Shown here: positions 10,888 through 20,025 of the stretch, in pieces
Layout of the letters: each line of letters starts with the position of its first letter
Position numbering within the stretch: the first letter of the stretch is position 1
Origin: an uncultured Gemmatimonadales bacterium
Lineage (GTDB): Bacteria > Gemmatimonadota > Gemmatimonadetes > Gemmatimonadales > GWC2-71-9
Direction: 5' to 3'
Length of the DNA stretch: 64,000 bases
Assembly: GCA_963730185.1 (NCBI GenBank)
Contig: CAVSQW010000003.1
Location: 1-64,000 of the forward strand
Notes under the pieces: generated by a model
What the model was told of the DNA's origin: nothing
What the model saw: the letters and a program-made list of their open reading frames with translations, nothing else
Databases searched by the model: none
Translations under genes and position numbers: made by a program

Positions 10888-11752
10888 GTGAGACACTTTC
10901 TTGCCCTGGCGTTGCTCCCGATCTCGTTCGGGGCGGGCGCCATCGTCATCCGGAGCGACGTCAGCGACGCGAAGTATCGCGTCCCGGCGTCGGCCTACCC
11001 CGCGCTGGCCGACATGCCCGGCGAAGCCCACGGCGTGCTGATCGCGCCGCGGTGGGTCGTCACCGCCGCTCATGCCGCTCCGATGCAGGGCAGGGACGAC
11101 GAAATCTCCATCGGCGGCGTGGCGCGCAAGATCCAGCGGGTGGTGGTCTATCCGGGCTACCAGAAGCTGCCCGCCAAGCTGGTCAAGGAGGCCCTGGCCT
11201 CCGGCGACTTCTCCAAGGCGCACGCGTTTTTGGCGGCATCCAACGACATCGCGCTGATCGAGCTGGCGGCGCCGGTGACGGACGTGACGCCGGTTCCCCT
11301 CTATCGCGGGACACGACGAGGTGGGGATGACCGTCCAGCTGGTGGGGAAGGGCGCCACGGGCAACGGCGCCGACGGCCAGGACCCGGAGAGCCCGCATCG
11401 CACCGTGTTGCGCCGGGCCTTCAACGTGCTCGTCGGCGCCGACTCGCGCTATGTCTGGTATCGGTTCGACCCGCCGTCGTCGGCCCTGCCGCTCGAGGGC
11501 GCCACGGGGAGCGGCGACAGCGGCGGGCCGCTGCTCGTCGGGGAGGGGAGCGCACAGCAGCTCGTGGGGCTGGCCTCGTGGAGCAGGTATCCGCCGGGTC
11601 ATCCGTTCTTGAAGGAGTACGCGGCGGGGCGGGCGTTCAAGGAGGGGCTCTACGGCGAGATCGTCTACGGCGTTCGGATCTCCAGGTACGTGGAATGGAT
11701 CGAAAGGGTGATGTCGGCGCCCGGGAGTGCCGAGAGCCAGCGTCGGCCATGA
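10888..11752 (+). CDS. Secreted trypsin-like (S1) serine protease (frameshift near 11310)
   Basis: Signal peptide, WVVTAAH and NDIALIEL in the first frame; GDSGGPL in the second frame. Confidence 0.85.
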
Positions 11753-11768
11753 ACATTCGGGGCACCTG

Positions 11769-12176
11769 TTAGCCGGAGCGCCCCGATCTGGTCTTCTTGC
11801 TCCGCTCACCCACCCAGGTTGCCAGTTCAGCTTCGCTCAACGCCCCAGCAGCCAGCGCCACCATGGCTTCGACAACATCGGCTTCCGTCGCCGAGAAACG
11901 CCATCCGTTCAATTCCAGGAACACGACCATTGCCACGAACGCCACGCGCTTGTTGCCGTCCCGGTACGGGTGGCTTCGGCTGAGGCCAAACCCGTATGCC
12001 GCGGCGAGCTCTGGCATCGTCGTGCCGGGCTCGTAATGCCACTTCTGCCGCGGCCGAGCCAACGCCGCCTCGAGGGCGTTCTCGTCCCGGAGGCCTGCCA
12101 AGCCGCCGTGCTCCCGGATCTGATCGAGATGGATGGCGTCCGCCACGATCCGAGCGACCCACCGGGGCTCAGCCAC
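11769..12176 (-). CDS. doc: Doc/Fic family type II toxin
   Basis: HPYRDGNKR Fic motif and GGLAGLRDENALEAALARP. Confidence 0.9.
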   Translation of the reverse strand: MAEPRWVARIVADAIHLDQIREHGGLAGLRDENALEAALARPRQKWHYEPGTTMPELAAAYGFGLSRSHPYRDGNKRVAFVAMVVFLELNGWRFSATEADVVEAMVALAAGALSEAELATWVGERSKKTRSGRSG

Positions 12177-12183
12177 GGGGAGC

Positions 12184-12411
12184 CTACTTCGCGAGCTGAC
12201 GAAGGGCGTTGCGGTACTTCTTGGCGGTGCGGGCGGCCAAGGCGAGCGCCTTCTCGACCGTGGGGTCGTAGGGGCTCAGGAGGATCCCCTGGTCCGTCTC
12301 GACGGCGAGGACCCGGTCGCCGACGCCGAGATTGAGCCGGTCGGCCATGTCCTTCGGAAGGGTGGCGCCGACGGAGCCGCCGACCTGACGGAGCTTCACC
12401 TCGCGGACCAT
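12184..12411 (-). CDS. AbrB/MazE-type antitoxin
   Basis: MVREVKLRQVGGSVGATLPK..KKYRNALRQLAK, directly upstream of doc. Confidence 0.9.
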   Translation of the reverse strand: MVREVKLRQVGGSVGATLPKDMADRLNLGVGDRVLAVETDQGILLSPYDPTVEKALALAARTAKKYRNALRQLAK

Positions 12412-12440
12412 CGCGGTCTCCGGGAGTAGACGCCCGAATA

Positions 12441-12458
12441 GTAGCACTGCCGTGCTAC
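12441..12458. promoter_or_regulatory. Inverted-repeat operator of the TA operon
   Basis: GTAGCAC-TGCC-GTGCTAC overlaps a minus-strand TACTAT -10-like hexamer (12438-12443). Confidence 0.55.
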
Positions 12459-12489
12459 ACGCGCCAGGCCGGGCAAGGGGCTCCCTCGG

Positions 12490-12979
12490 TCAGCAGCCCG
12501 GCACCAGCCACTCCTCGATCCGAAGGTCGTTGGCGCCCCCCTGGGGCACGCCCACCGCGAGGCCGCAGGCGTTGGCCGCTCGAAGTGCCAGGCCGCCGGG
12601 CAGAACCTCGCCGTGGTCGCGGTACCAGACGTACGGTGCTCGGGCCGCCGCTCGAGACGTTGCCATACACCACGCCCAGCGAGTCGATCCCATTCACCTG
12701 GACGACGGTGATTCCGGCCGGGACCGGAAGGGTGGCGAACCCGCCGGCGGCGGTCCATCGCCACCCGACGTTGGTGCCTGGGACGCTGGTTGTGGCGGTG
12801 CCGGCCACGACGCCGCAGTCGTTGATGGCGTTGGCGCCGGCGGACACCGTCCCCGGCGGGCGCCCGATGCCGTTCATGCCGGACGCCGCCGTCCAGATGA
12901 AGACATCGGAGGTTGCCGCCGTCGAGGTCTGCGACGTGCCGGCCACCTGACCCAGCTCGTTGACCGCGGGCCTACGCAT
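12490..12979 (-). pseudogene. HAF-type extracellular repeat protein fragment
   Basis: AVNELGQVAG, FIWTAASGM, ANAINDCGVVAG and WRWTAAGG repeats. Frameshifted and lacking a signal peptide. Confidence 0.55.
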
Positions 12980-13161
12980 TGGACACCTCCGCGAACGTCC
13001 GGGAGAGACGCCGGTCGCGCCCGATCAGCATGGCGCCGAGCACCGCGGCCGCGGCGAAGTCATAGCTGGCGCAGAAGGCCGGCCACCAGGTCGGGACGCC
13101 ACGGTTGGTTATGACCGCACCCGCTGCTGGGAAGCAAGGTCGCGAACGGGGCCGAAACCGG

Positions 13162-13180
13162 CTTGAACGGAGGGGCTGAC
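13162..13180 (-). promoter_or_regulatory. Putative AraC-regulator box, copy 1
   Basis: CTTGAACGGAGGGGCTGAC, 18/19 identical to 14333-14351. Confidence 0.5.
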
Positions 13181-13214
13181 CTCTCCTGTCGGCCGGACCG
13201 ATCGGCCGGTAGCT

Positions 13215-14054
13215 TTGTCCGACCACCACCCGGGAGGGTCGTTGGCCAGGGCGATCGGCGACATCGAGATGTTCCGGTGGGACGGGGGCTGCATCTTCGT
13301 GGGCGCGGCCACCGGCCTGGTGCCGGTCCACGCCCACCAGGCGATCCAGGTCTGTGCCGGACGGGACGCCCCCATCCGGTTGCGGGCCGCCGACGGCGAT
13401 CCGTGGCGGGATTTCCCGGTTGGGATCGTCGCCTCGCAGCAGCCGCACGGCATGGATGCCACGGCCGTGTCGCTCGGGTTCGTGATGTTCGTGGAGCCGG
13501 AGACGCGGGAGGGCAGGGCCCTCGCCGAGAGGCATCTCGCGCAGGGGCTCGCCGCCGTCGATCGAGCCGTCATCGCGGCCGAGATGACGGAGCTCTTGAG
13601 CCGATTCGTGGGGCGGCGGAGTGACGAGGCGATGGTCGAGTCGGCACGGGGCATCATCGCCAGGCTGACCAAGGGGGTCGAGCCGTCGGTGGTCTCGGAC
13701 GAACGCATCCTGCGAGCCATGGCGTGGATCAACACCCACCTGGACCAGCCCCTTAGCCTCGATGCCGTCGCCGCCCAGGTGTTTCTCTCGCCCGGGCGGT
13801 TCCGGCACCTCTTCGCGGAGCAGGTCGGGATGGGGCTGAGGCCCTATGTGCTCTGGCGCCGGCTCGCCAGGATCTGGGAGCTGGGTATGCGGGACGTCGC
13901 GATCTCGCGGGCAGCGCACGAGGCGGGGTTCGCCGATGCCGCCCACCTTACCCGCACCTCCAAGCGGATGATCGGCCTGGCGCCGTCGATGTTCAGGGTC
14001 TCGCGCACGCCCGATGCCCGGATTCGGGAGCAGATTCGGGCGGCGAAGCCCTGA
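13215..14054 (+). CDS. AraC family transcriptional regulator
   Basis: N-terminal HAHQAIQ and SQQPH cupin-like His motifs. C-terminal LSPGRFRHLF and AGFADAAHLTR. Confidence 0.9.
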   Translation: MSDHHPGGSLARAIGDIEMFRWDGGCIFVGAATGLVPVHAHQAIQVCAGRDAPIRLRAADGDPWRDFPVGIVASQQPHGMDATAVSLGFVMFVEPETREGRALAERHLAQGLAAVDRAVIAAEMTELLSRFVGRRSDEAMVESARGIIARLTKGVEPSVVSDERILRAMAWINTHLDQPLSLDAVAAQVFLSPGRFRHLFAEQVGMGLRPYVLWRRLARIWELGMRDVAISRAAHEAGFADAAHLTRTSKRMIGLAPSMFRVSRTPDARIREQIRAAKP

Positions 14055-14081
14055 CTCGGCTCCGCCGCCCGATCGCCGTGC

Positions 14082-14279
14082 TCAGGCGCCGACCCCCGCG
14101 CATTGGCACCGTTCGCAGTTGCAGTCGGCGGCGCAGCGGCAGGCCTCGCCGCTCTCGCAGGGGGTGCAATCGCACCCCTTGCCCGACTCGGCGCACCGAC
14201 ACGCCCCGGGACCCTCGGCGCAGGTGCAGAGGCCCACGCAGCTGACTCCGGTTGGAGCGACATTCCGTTCGAGAGACAT
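14082..14279 (-). CDS. Cys-rich metallothionein-like peptide (65 aa, 14 Cys)
   Basis: Six CxC motifs, no aromatic residues, and a GAGGT RBS just upstream of the ATG. Confidence 0.7.
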   Translation of the reverse strand: MSLERNVAPTGVSCVGLCTCAEGPGACRCAESGKGCDCTPCESGEACRCAADCNCERCQCAGVGA

Positions 14280-14332
14280 GTGACACCTCAGGTTAGTGGT
14301 TGCCTGATTCTAGGGCCGGCGAGCCGATCGGA

Positions 14333-14351
14333 CTTGAACGGAAGGGCTGAC
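14333..14351 (-). promoter_or_regulatory. Putative AraC-regulator box, copy 2
   Basis: CTTGAACGGAAGGGCTGAC, 53 bp upstream of the Cys-rich ORF. Confidence 0.5.
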
Positions 14352-15047
14352 TTGCAGCGCGACAATCCTGGCCTCGGTCTTTCTCGGGTGGCGGTTCTCG
14401 GCGCGGCCGGCGGCCTCGGCCAGGGCATCCTGGCGGCGTGCCGGGATGAGGGGGTCGGTTTCACCGCCATCGTCCGATCGCGACCGGAGCGCATCGCGGA
14501 GGTTCCGCCGGGCTCGCGGGTCACGGTGGTCACCTCGCTGGCGGACCGCCCCGGACTGGCCGCCGCGTTCGCCGGGGCCGACGCCGTCCTGACCGCACTC
14601 GGCGTCACGGCCACGAGCCGGGACGGATCGGCGTCACTGTCGGCGAACATGCCGGTGGTGGAGCAGGCCATGAGGGACGCCGGGGTGGACCGGATCGTCA
14701 TGATCAACACGCTCCTGACGTCCTTGCCCGGCAAGCCGGCCAGCCTCTCGATGCGGTTCTTCTCGAGGATGCCGGGGACCATCGGTCGCGGGGCCAGGGA
14801 GCAGCAGTCGGTGGCCGACGCGCTCGGGCGCGGTGCCTTCTCCTCGCTCCGCTGGACGCTGGTCCGGGGAGGCCTGAATGCGCGGGGCCGTGACGAGCCT
14901 CCCGTGGCCTCGGCGGATTGGGCAGGCGCCCGGAACTCGTGGATGCCCGTCTCGTACCGGGCGATGGGGCGATGGATGCTCCAGGAGGCCGCGTCGAACG
15001 CATTCGTTCGGATGGCTCCCCTCGTGTCGCGCGCCCGCCCCGGGTAG
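14352..15047 (+). CDS. NAD(P)H-binding oxidoreductase (atypical SDR)
   Basis: RVAVLGAAGGLG Rossmann motif, AFAGADAVLTALG and LRWTLVR. Start uncertain. Confidence 0.8.
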   Translation: MQRDNPGLGLSRVAVLGAAGGLGQGILAACRDEGVGFTAIVRSRPERIAEVPPGSRVTVVTSLADRPGLAAAFAGADAVLTALGVTATSRDGSASLSANMPVVEQAMRDAGVDRIVMINTLLTSLPGKPASLSMRFFSRMPGTIGRGAREQQSVADALGRGAFSSLRWTLVRGGLNARGRDEPPVASADWAGARNSWMPVSYRAMGRWMLQEAASNAFVRMAPLVSRARPG

Positions 15048-15133
15048 GCAATACTGTGAGGGCGTCGACGTTGGTGCCTTGGGCGGACCAGGGGAGCCGC
15101 GGGAGTGTCACTACGACGACTGGACCCAGGCCG

Positions 15134-15502
15134 GTGAACCAATCGATCCGCCACCTCGCGCTCGTGGTCCGTGACTACGATTCGTCAACTCCTCGACCAG
15201 TGCGCCGAGTGGAAACCCGAGCTGGTGATGAACTGCGCCTCCTCGAGCGCTCGCTTCCGAACGTTGCGCGGGCGACCAACGAGGACACGCGGGCACGTTT
15301 TCGTGATCTCCTGACCAACGCCGCCCGGTTGCCGGAAGGCGACGCCAAGTGGGCCGAGGCCCAGCTGGCAGAGCGATTGCTCGAGGAACTGGCTCCGCCA
15401 GCTCTGAGCATCTTGGCGACCGTCGCCCGGTACGACGGCCCCAAGCCCATTGCCATCGTCTCACGGCCCAAGTGCCAGCTCCCCGGCGGTCGAGGTCCCT
15501 GA
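15134..15502 (+). pseudogene. Chimeric remnant: VOC N-terminus fused to an unrelated helical fragment
   Basis: VNQSIRHLALVVRDYD (glyoxalase-like start) is followed abruptly by ATNEDTRARFRDLLTNAA. Confidence 0.35.
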
Positions 15503-15545
15503 AAACGACGAAGCCCCGCCGGACCTAACGATCGGCGAGGCATTC
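15502..15545 (-). terminator. Intrinsic terminator after tRNA-Arg
   Basis: Minus-strand GCCTCGCCG...CGGCGGGGC hairpin followed by TTCGTCGTTTT. Confidence 0.5.
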
Positions 15546-15557
15546 GGTTACCACCAG

Positions 15558-15631
15558 CGGGCCCGGCGAGATTCGAACTCACGACCTCTTGCTCCGGAGG
15601 CAAGCGCTCTATCCAGCTGAGCTACGGGCCC
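15558..15631 (-). tRNA. tRNA-Arg(CCG)
   Basis: GGGCCCG acceptor stem, CTTGC-CTCCGGA-GCAAG anticodon arm, GTTCGAAT T-loop. No encoded CCA. Confidence 0.95.
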
Positions 15632-15679
15632 TTGAGAGGGTTGTCAACTTATACCGACCCCGCCCCGATCGCCACCTGA

Positions 15680-17192
15680 TCAGGGGCGTCCCCCGGCGGC
15701 CGCCGGGACCGCTCCGGCCGACCGCCGGGCGCTCCATACCAGCTCGCCGTCCAGCCTCTCCGGCATCGGCTCACCCAGCCAGTCGATCATGGTGGGGAAG
15801 AGGTCCACGGTCCGGAGCGGCACGTCCGCGATCGGCCGGTTGCTCCAGAGCGGCGTTTGCATGTGGGCCCGGATCAGGCTGCCATGGCCGGACTTGATGC
15901 TCCGGGACCTCCCACTTGTCCCGGAAGTCGTAGCCTTCCCGGGCCACCACGACGAGGTCGCCGGTCCGGGGCGAGCGGAACTGGTCGAGGAGCTGGCGGG
16001 GCGCGTCGGGGTAGGGGCCGTCGAAGGTTCGCTCCAGCCAGCCCCGGTCGTCGGTGGAGCCGGGCCCGAGCTCCAGCGGGTCGCCGGTGACCGGCTGGTA
16101 GCCGATCGATCCGCCGCTTTCTCGGAGGCGGGCCTCGCCGTCCCGACCCACGATCGCGAGGCCGCCCTGGGCGGACTCGCCGGCCACGAATGCCACGCCT
16201 GGCTCTGCGGCCAGCCGGGCCACCAGGTCGGTCCCGGCGCCGAAGGTCCCGGGATCGCGGAGCCGTTCCAGGGGCCACCGGTCCGCCCGCGGCGCGCCCG
16301 GGGCGGCATAGACCATGGCCGACCCGTTGCCGGCCACCATCACGGCGGCCCGCGGGTCGCGTCGCCAGAGCTCCGGATGGGAGAGGGTGGGGACGCCGGC
16401 TTCCCGGAACCACCGGGCCAGGTCGAGATGCCGCCTGACCCGGGCGGCGCCGTGGTCGCTGACCATCAGGATGAGGGTGTCCTGGAGCAGCTCGCGCCGG
16501 GCCAGAGCGTCCACCAGCGCGCCCACCGCGGCGTCGACCTGGTGGAGCGACCGGACCACCTTCCGGTGGCTGGGATGAGTCTGATGGGTGTAGCCGTCGA
16601 CCGCCGGGAACTGGGCGAAAAGGAATCGCCAGTCGGGGTCGCGGTCGATCCAGCTCAGGAGGTTCCGGGCGACCGTGTCGTCGCCGGGCTGATGCCAGAG
16701 GAGATAGTGCGAGATGGCTCCCCAGAACTTGCGGGCGCCCTGGGTCGGGTCCCGGCCGGGGCCGAGCCCTCGGGTGATCATGGTGAAGAAGGCGGCGCTC
16801 TCGGGCACCAGCTCGAAGATGGTCCGGACGTCCGGGGCGATGTCGCCGTCCAACCGGCCGGCCTGGTAGCCGCAATAGCTCCGAACCGCCTCGCGGTCGC
16901 GCCACCAGCGGCCGCCGTAGGCCTGCCGGTCGAGCCAGCGAATCGAGGGGACGTTGCACCGGCCGGGAAGGCAGCCGGTGAGGAACGGCAGATACGAAAC
17001 GCTGGTGGTCGACGGGAAGGCGGTGATCGCCCGGGTCCGGCCGCCGCCGGCGACCAGCTGGGCCAGGTTCGGCAGGTGGCCCGCCAGGAGCTCGCTCTCG
17101 GCGACGTCCGGCCGGAGGCCATCGACCAGCAGGAGGATGACCCGTTTCCTGGAACCCCGCCCGCGGCGGGGCGGGAGGCTATCCTGGGTCAC
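15680..17192 (-). CDS. Alkaline phosphatase superfamily (NPP-type) phosphodiesterase (frameshift near 15897)
   Basis: LLVDGLRPD, FPSTT, DGYTH and SDHG, with a C-terminal KSGHGSL..RTVDLFPT in the next frame. Confidence 0.85.
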
Positions 17193-17393
17193 GGTTGGCT
17201 CCTTGAGGTCCGCGCGGGCCTCGAACTTGGCGGCGAGCGAAGGGTCGGGGGTCATCGGCCCCGACGGGGACACGGCTGGGAAGTTTCGGAGCGACCGTCC
17301 CCTGGCCGTCCCTTGCCCGTCCGACCCCCCGGTCGGACGGGCACCGACGACCGGTGCCGCCGCCGGTCCCGGGGGACCGGCGGGTCAGGCTTG

Positions 17394-17423
17394 AAAACAA
17401 AACCGCCATCACGACGATGGCGG
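17394..17423 (-). terminator. Intrinsic terminator of the tRNA cluster
   Basis: CCGCCATC-5 nt-GATGGCGG hairpin plus TTTTGTTTT on the minus strand. Confidence 0.8.
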
Positions 17424-17439
17424 CTCGGGTGTCATGCGA

Positions 17440-17514
17440 TCGGGGCGCCGGGATTTGAACCCGGGACCTCCTGCTCCCGAAGCAGGCGCGCTAACCGGGC
17501 TGCGCTACGCCCCG
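17440..17514 (-). tRNA. tRNA-Pro(CGG)
   Basis: CGGGGCG acceptor and CCTGC-TTCGGGA-GCAGG anticodon arm. Confidence 0.95.
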
Positions 17515-17516
17515 TA

Positions 17517-17590
<74 letters not shown>

Positions 17591-17601
17591 TCGAGTCTCC
17601 A

Positions 17602-17675
<74 letters not shown>

Positions 17676-17679
17676 GAGC

Positions 17680-17780
17680 CAGACGGACGAACGGACAGAC
17701 GGTCTGGCGGACAGGTTGGGAGTCGCGACTCGCTTCGCGCCGACCAGCTCCGTCCGTCGGTCCGGCTGTCCGTCTGTCCA
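17680..17780. repeat. GGAC/GTCC tetramer-rich imperfect inverted repeat
   Basis: GGACAGACGG pairs perfectly with CCGTCTGTCC. Similar arrays occur near 17325, 17900, 25575, 37890 and 52805. Confidence 0.6.
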
Positions 17781-17786
17781 CTGCCA

Positions 17787-17860
17787 TGGCGGGGGTGGGA
17801 TTTGAACCCACGACCTCCGGGTTATGAGCCCGGCGAGCTACCAGACTGCTCCACCCCGCG
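17787..17860 (-). tRNA. Initiator tRNA-fMet(CAT)
   Basis: C1 mismatch and three G-C pairs in the anticodon stem (CCGGG-CTCATAA-CCCGG). Confidence 0.95.
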
Positions 17861-17934
17861 TCGATGTCTGCATCGGCCGGCGATCGGTCGCCTTCCCGGT
17901 CCTTCCGTCCGACTGTCGGTCCGTTCCTACTCAG

Positions 17935-18007
17935 AGCGGGAAACGGGACTCGAACCCGCGACCCCAACCTTGGCAAGGTTGTGCTCTACCAACTGAGCTA
18001 TTCCCGC
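17935..18007 (-). tRNA. tRNA-Gly(GCC)
   Basis: GCGGGAA acceptor and CAACC-TTGCCAA-GGTTG anticodon arm. Confidence 0.95.
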
Positions 18008-18027
18008 ACAAGACCCAGCGGGCCACC

Positions 18028-18056
18028 ATAGTAGTACGCTGGACCGACGTTGGCAA
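18028..18056 (-). promoter_or_regulatory. Sigma70-like promoter upstream of tRNA-Gly
   Basis: TTGCCA-17 bp-TACTAT. Confidence 0.6.
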
Positions 18057-18068
18057 CCAGGCACCTGA

Positions 18069-18141
18069 TGGAGGCGAGGGGGATCGAACCCCTGACCTCG
18101 TGAATGCCATTCACGCGCTCTCCCAACTGAGCTACGCCCCC
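18069..18141 (-). tRNA. tRNA-Ala(GGC)
   Basis: GGGGGCG acceptor with G3:U70 and CGTGA-ATGGCAT-TCACG anticodon arm. Confidence 0.95.
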
Positions 18142-18185
18142 GCTATATTGATTTTTCCATCGGGGTGCTCGGGTTGCAACGCGGC

Positions 18186-18214
18186 AAGCTAGCCGCCGCT
18201 CCGAGGCGTGTCAA
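18186..18214 (-). promoter_or_regulatory. Sigma70-like promoter of the tRNA cluster
   Basis: TTGACA-17 bp-TAGCTT. Confidence 0.6.
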
Positions 18215-18258
18215 GCGAAAGTCGTGCCGCGTTCCCCGTACCGATCGACTCCATCCAC

Positions 18259-19143
18259 ATGGCCAAAAAGCGGACCCGGACACGCCAGACGGCCGCCTCG
18301 CTCGGCCGCCACGAGGCCGAGCGGGACATCCTCGATCTCTATCTTCACGACGTCAGCAGGAAGGCGCTCCTCACCGCCGAGCAGGAGGTCGCCGTCGCCC
18401 GGCGAATCCAACAGGGCGACGAGGCCGCCATGCACGAGTTGGTGACCAGGAACCTCCGGTTCGTCATCTCGGTCGCCAAGAAATATCAGAACCGGGGCCT
18501 CGCCCTGGTGGATCTGATCGGCGAAGGCAACGTCGGTCTGATGACCGCCGCCCGGAAGTTCGACCCCGACCACGGCGTCAAGTTCATCTCCTACGCGGTG
18601 TGGTGGATCCGGCAGGCCATTCTGGCCGCCATCGCCCGGCACGGCCGGACCGTCCGGGTCCCCCTCAACCGGACCGCCGACCTCTCCCGCATCGTGCGAA
18701 CCGCCGAGGTGCTCCGCCAGGAGCTGGGCCGGGAGCCGACCGCGGAGCAGATCGCCGAAGCCGTGGGTCTCACGGTCGAGATGGTGCAGTCGCTCGCCGC
18801 CCTCAACACCACCGAAGTGCGGCTCGACGCGCCGCTGGCCGCCGAGGGCGACCGGGCCACGATCGAGCGGTTCATGGTGGACGGCCACAACGGCGCCGAG
18901 GACGAGGCGATCGACCACTTCCTGGCCGAAGAGATCGCGGTGGCGCTCGAGACCCTGGCGCCGCGCGACGCCCGGGTGCTCCGGCTCTATTTCGGGCTGG
19001 ACGGCGGTCGAGAGCACACCCTGGAAGAGATCGGCTCGATCTTCGGCGTCACCCGGGAGCGGGTCCGGCAGCTCCGCGACCGTGCCCTCAAGCGGCTCCG
19101 CGAAGGCGCGGCCGGGCGAGCCCTCGCGAGCTACGCGGCGTGA
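18259..19143 (+). CDS. RNA polymerase sigma factor, RpoD/SigA family lacking region 1.1
   Basis: NLRFVISVAKKY, DLIGEGNVGL, KFISYAVWWIRQ and TLEEIG..VTRERVRQ. Confidence 0.92.
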   Translation: MAKKRTRTRQTAASLGRHEAERDILDLYLHDVSRKALLTAEQEVAVARRIQQGDEAAMHELVTRNLRFVISVAKKYQNRGLALVDLIGEGNVGLMTAARKFDPDHGVKFISYAVWWIRQAILAAIARHGRTVRVPLNRTADLSRIVRTAEVLRQELGREPTAEQIAEAVGLTVEMVQSLAALNTTEVRLDAPLAAEGDRATIERFMVDGHNGAEDEAIDHFLAEEIAVALETLAPRDARVLRLYFGLDGGREHTLEEIGSIFGVTRERVRQLRDRALKRLREGAAGRALASYAA

Positions 19144-19901
19144 GGGAGCACCTCAACGCCCTCGGCGTCGCCCAACTCGGGTTCATCCGACGGCTTGGAC
19201 GCTGGGCGGTCGATGCCGGCCGGGCCTTCGCGATGCCCCGCACCTGGGGTCCCCAGCTGATCGTCCAGATGCGCCGGCTGGGGGTCGACTCGATCCCGAT
19301 CGCCATCTTCCTCGCGGTCTTCACCGGCATCGTCCTCGCCCTCCTCGCTTCTTACATCTTCACCGGCGCGGTTCCGCTCTACTTCGTCGGCGCGCTGGTG
19401 GCCAAGACGGTGATGATGGAGCTGGGCCCGGTGCTCACCGGGATGGCGCTGGCCGGCCGGGTGGGCGCCAACATCGCGGCCGAGCTGGGCACGATGAAGG
19501 TCACCGAGCAGCTCGACGCGATGGAGACGCTGGCCATCGACGTGCACGCCTACCTGGTGGTGCCCCGCGTGGTCGCCGCGATCCTGATGTTTCCGGTGGT
19601 CACGGCGATGGCCGTGGCGGTCGGGGTGATCTCGGGCTGGCTCACGTCGATCAACCTGATCGATCTTTCCACCGCCGAGTTCTTCAAGGGCGTCCGGCAG
19701 TTCTACCACTTCAAGGACGTGTGGTTCGGTCTGCTCAAGAGCGCGAGCTTCGGTGGCGCGGTGGCCCTGATGGGCGCCCTGACCGGGCTCCGGACCCAGG
19801 GCGGCGCCGAGGGTGTGGGCCGGGCCACGACCCGGGCCGTGGTACTCGGCTGCGAAGCGATCCTGGTCCTGGACGCCTTCTGGGCGTTGGTGCTGTTATG
19901 A
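19140..19901 (+). CDS. mlaE: MlaE-type ABC permease
   Basis: ELGPVLTGMALAGRVG..AELGTMKVTEQLDAM and GGAEGVGRATT. The GTG start overlaps the sigma stop. Confidence 0.9.
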   Translation: MREHLNALGVAQLGFIRRLGRWAVDAGRAFAMPRTWGPQLIVQMRRLGVDSIPIAIFLAVFTGIVLALLASYIFTGAVPLYFVGALVAKTVMMELGPVLTGMALAGRVGANIAAELGTMKVTEQLDAMETLAIDVHAYLVVPRVVAAILMFPVVTAMAVAVGVISGWLTSINLIDLSTAEFFKGVRQFYHFKDVWFGLLKSASFGGAVALMGALTGLRTQGGAEGVGRATTRAVVLGCEAILVLDAFWALVLL

Positions 19902-20024
19902 GATGGAAGAGCTGGGGGGGGATGCGGGGGGATGGGGTGGGGGTCGAGCGCGTGGGGCTCCGGCCCTCCCGCGGTAATGCCCCCCATCTCTCCGCATCCC
20001 TCCCCATCCCTCCCCATCCCTTCC
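19902..20024. repeat. G-rich/C-rich palindromic repeat (10-nt CCCTCCCCAT unit)
   Basis: A GGGGGATG-rich arm then CCCTCCCCAT tandem copies, filling the mlaE-mlaF gap. Confidence 0.75.
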
Positions 20025-20025
20025 G

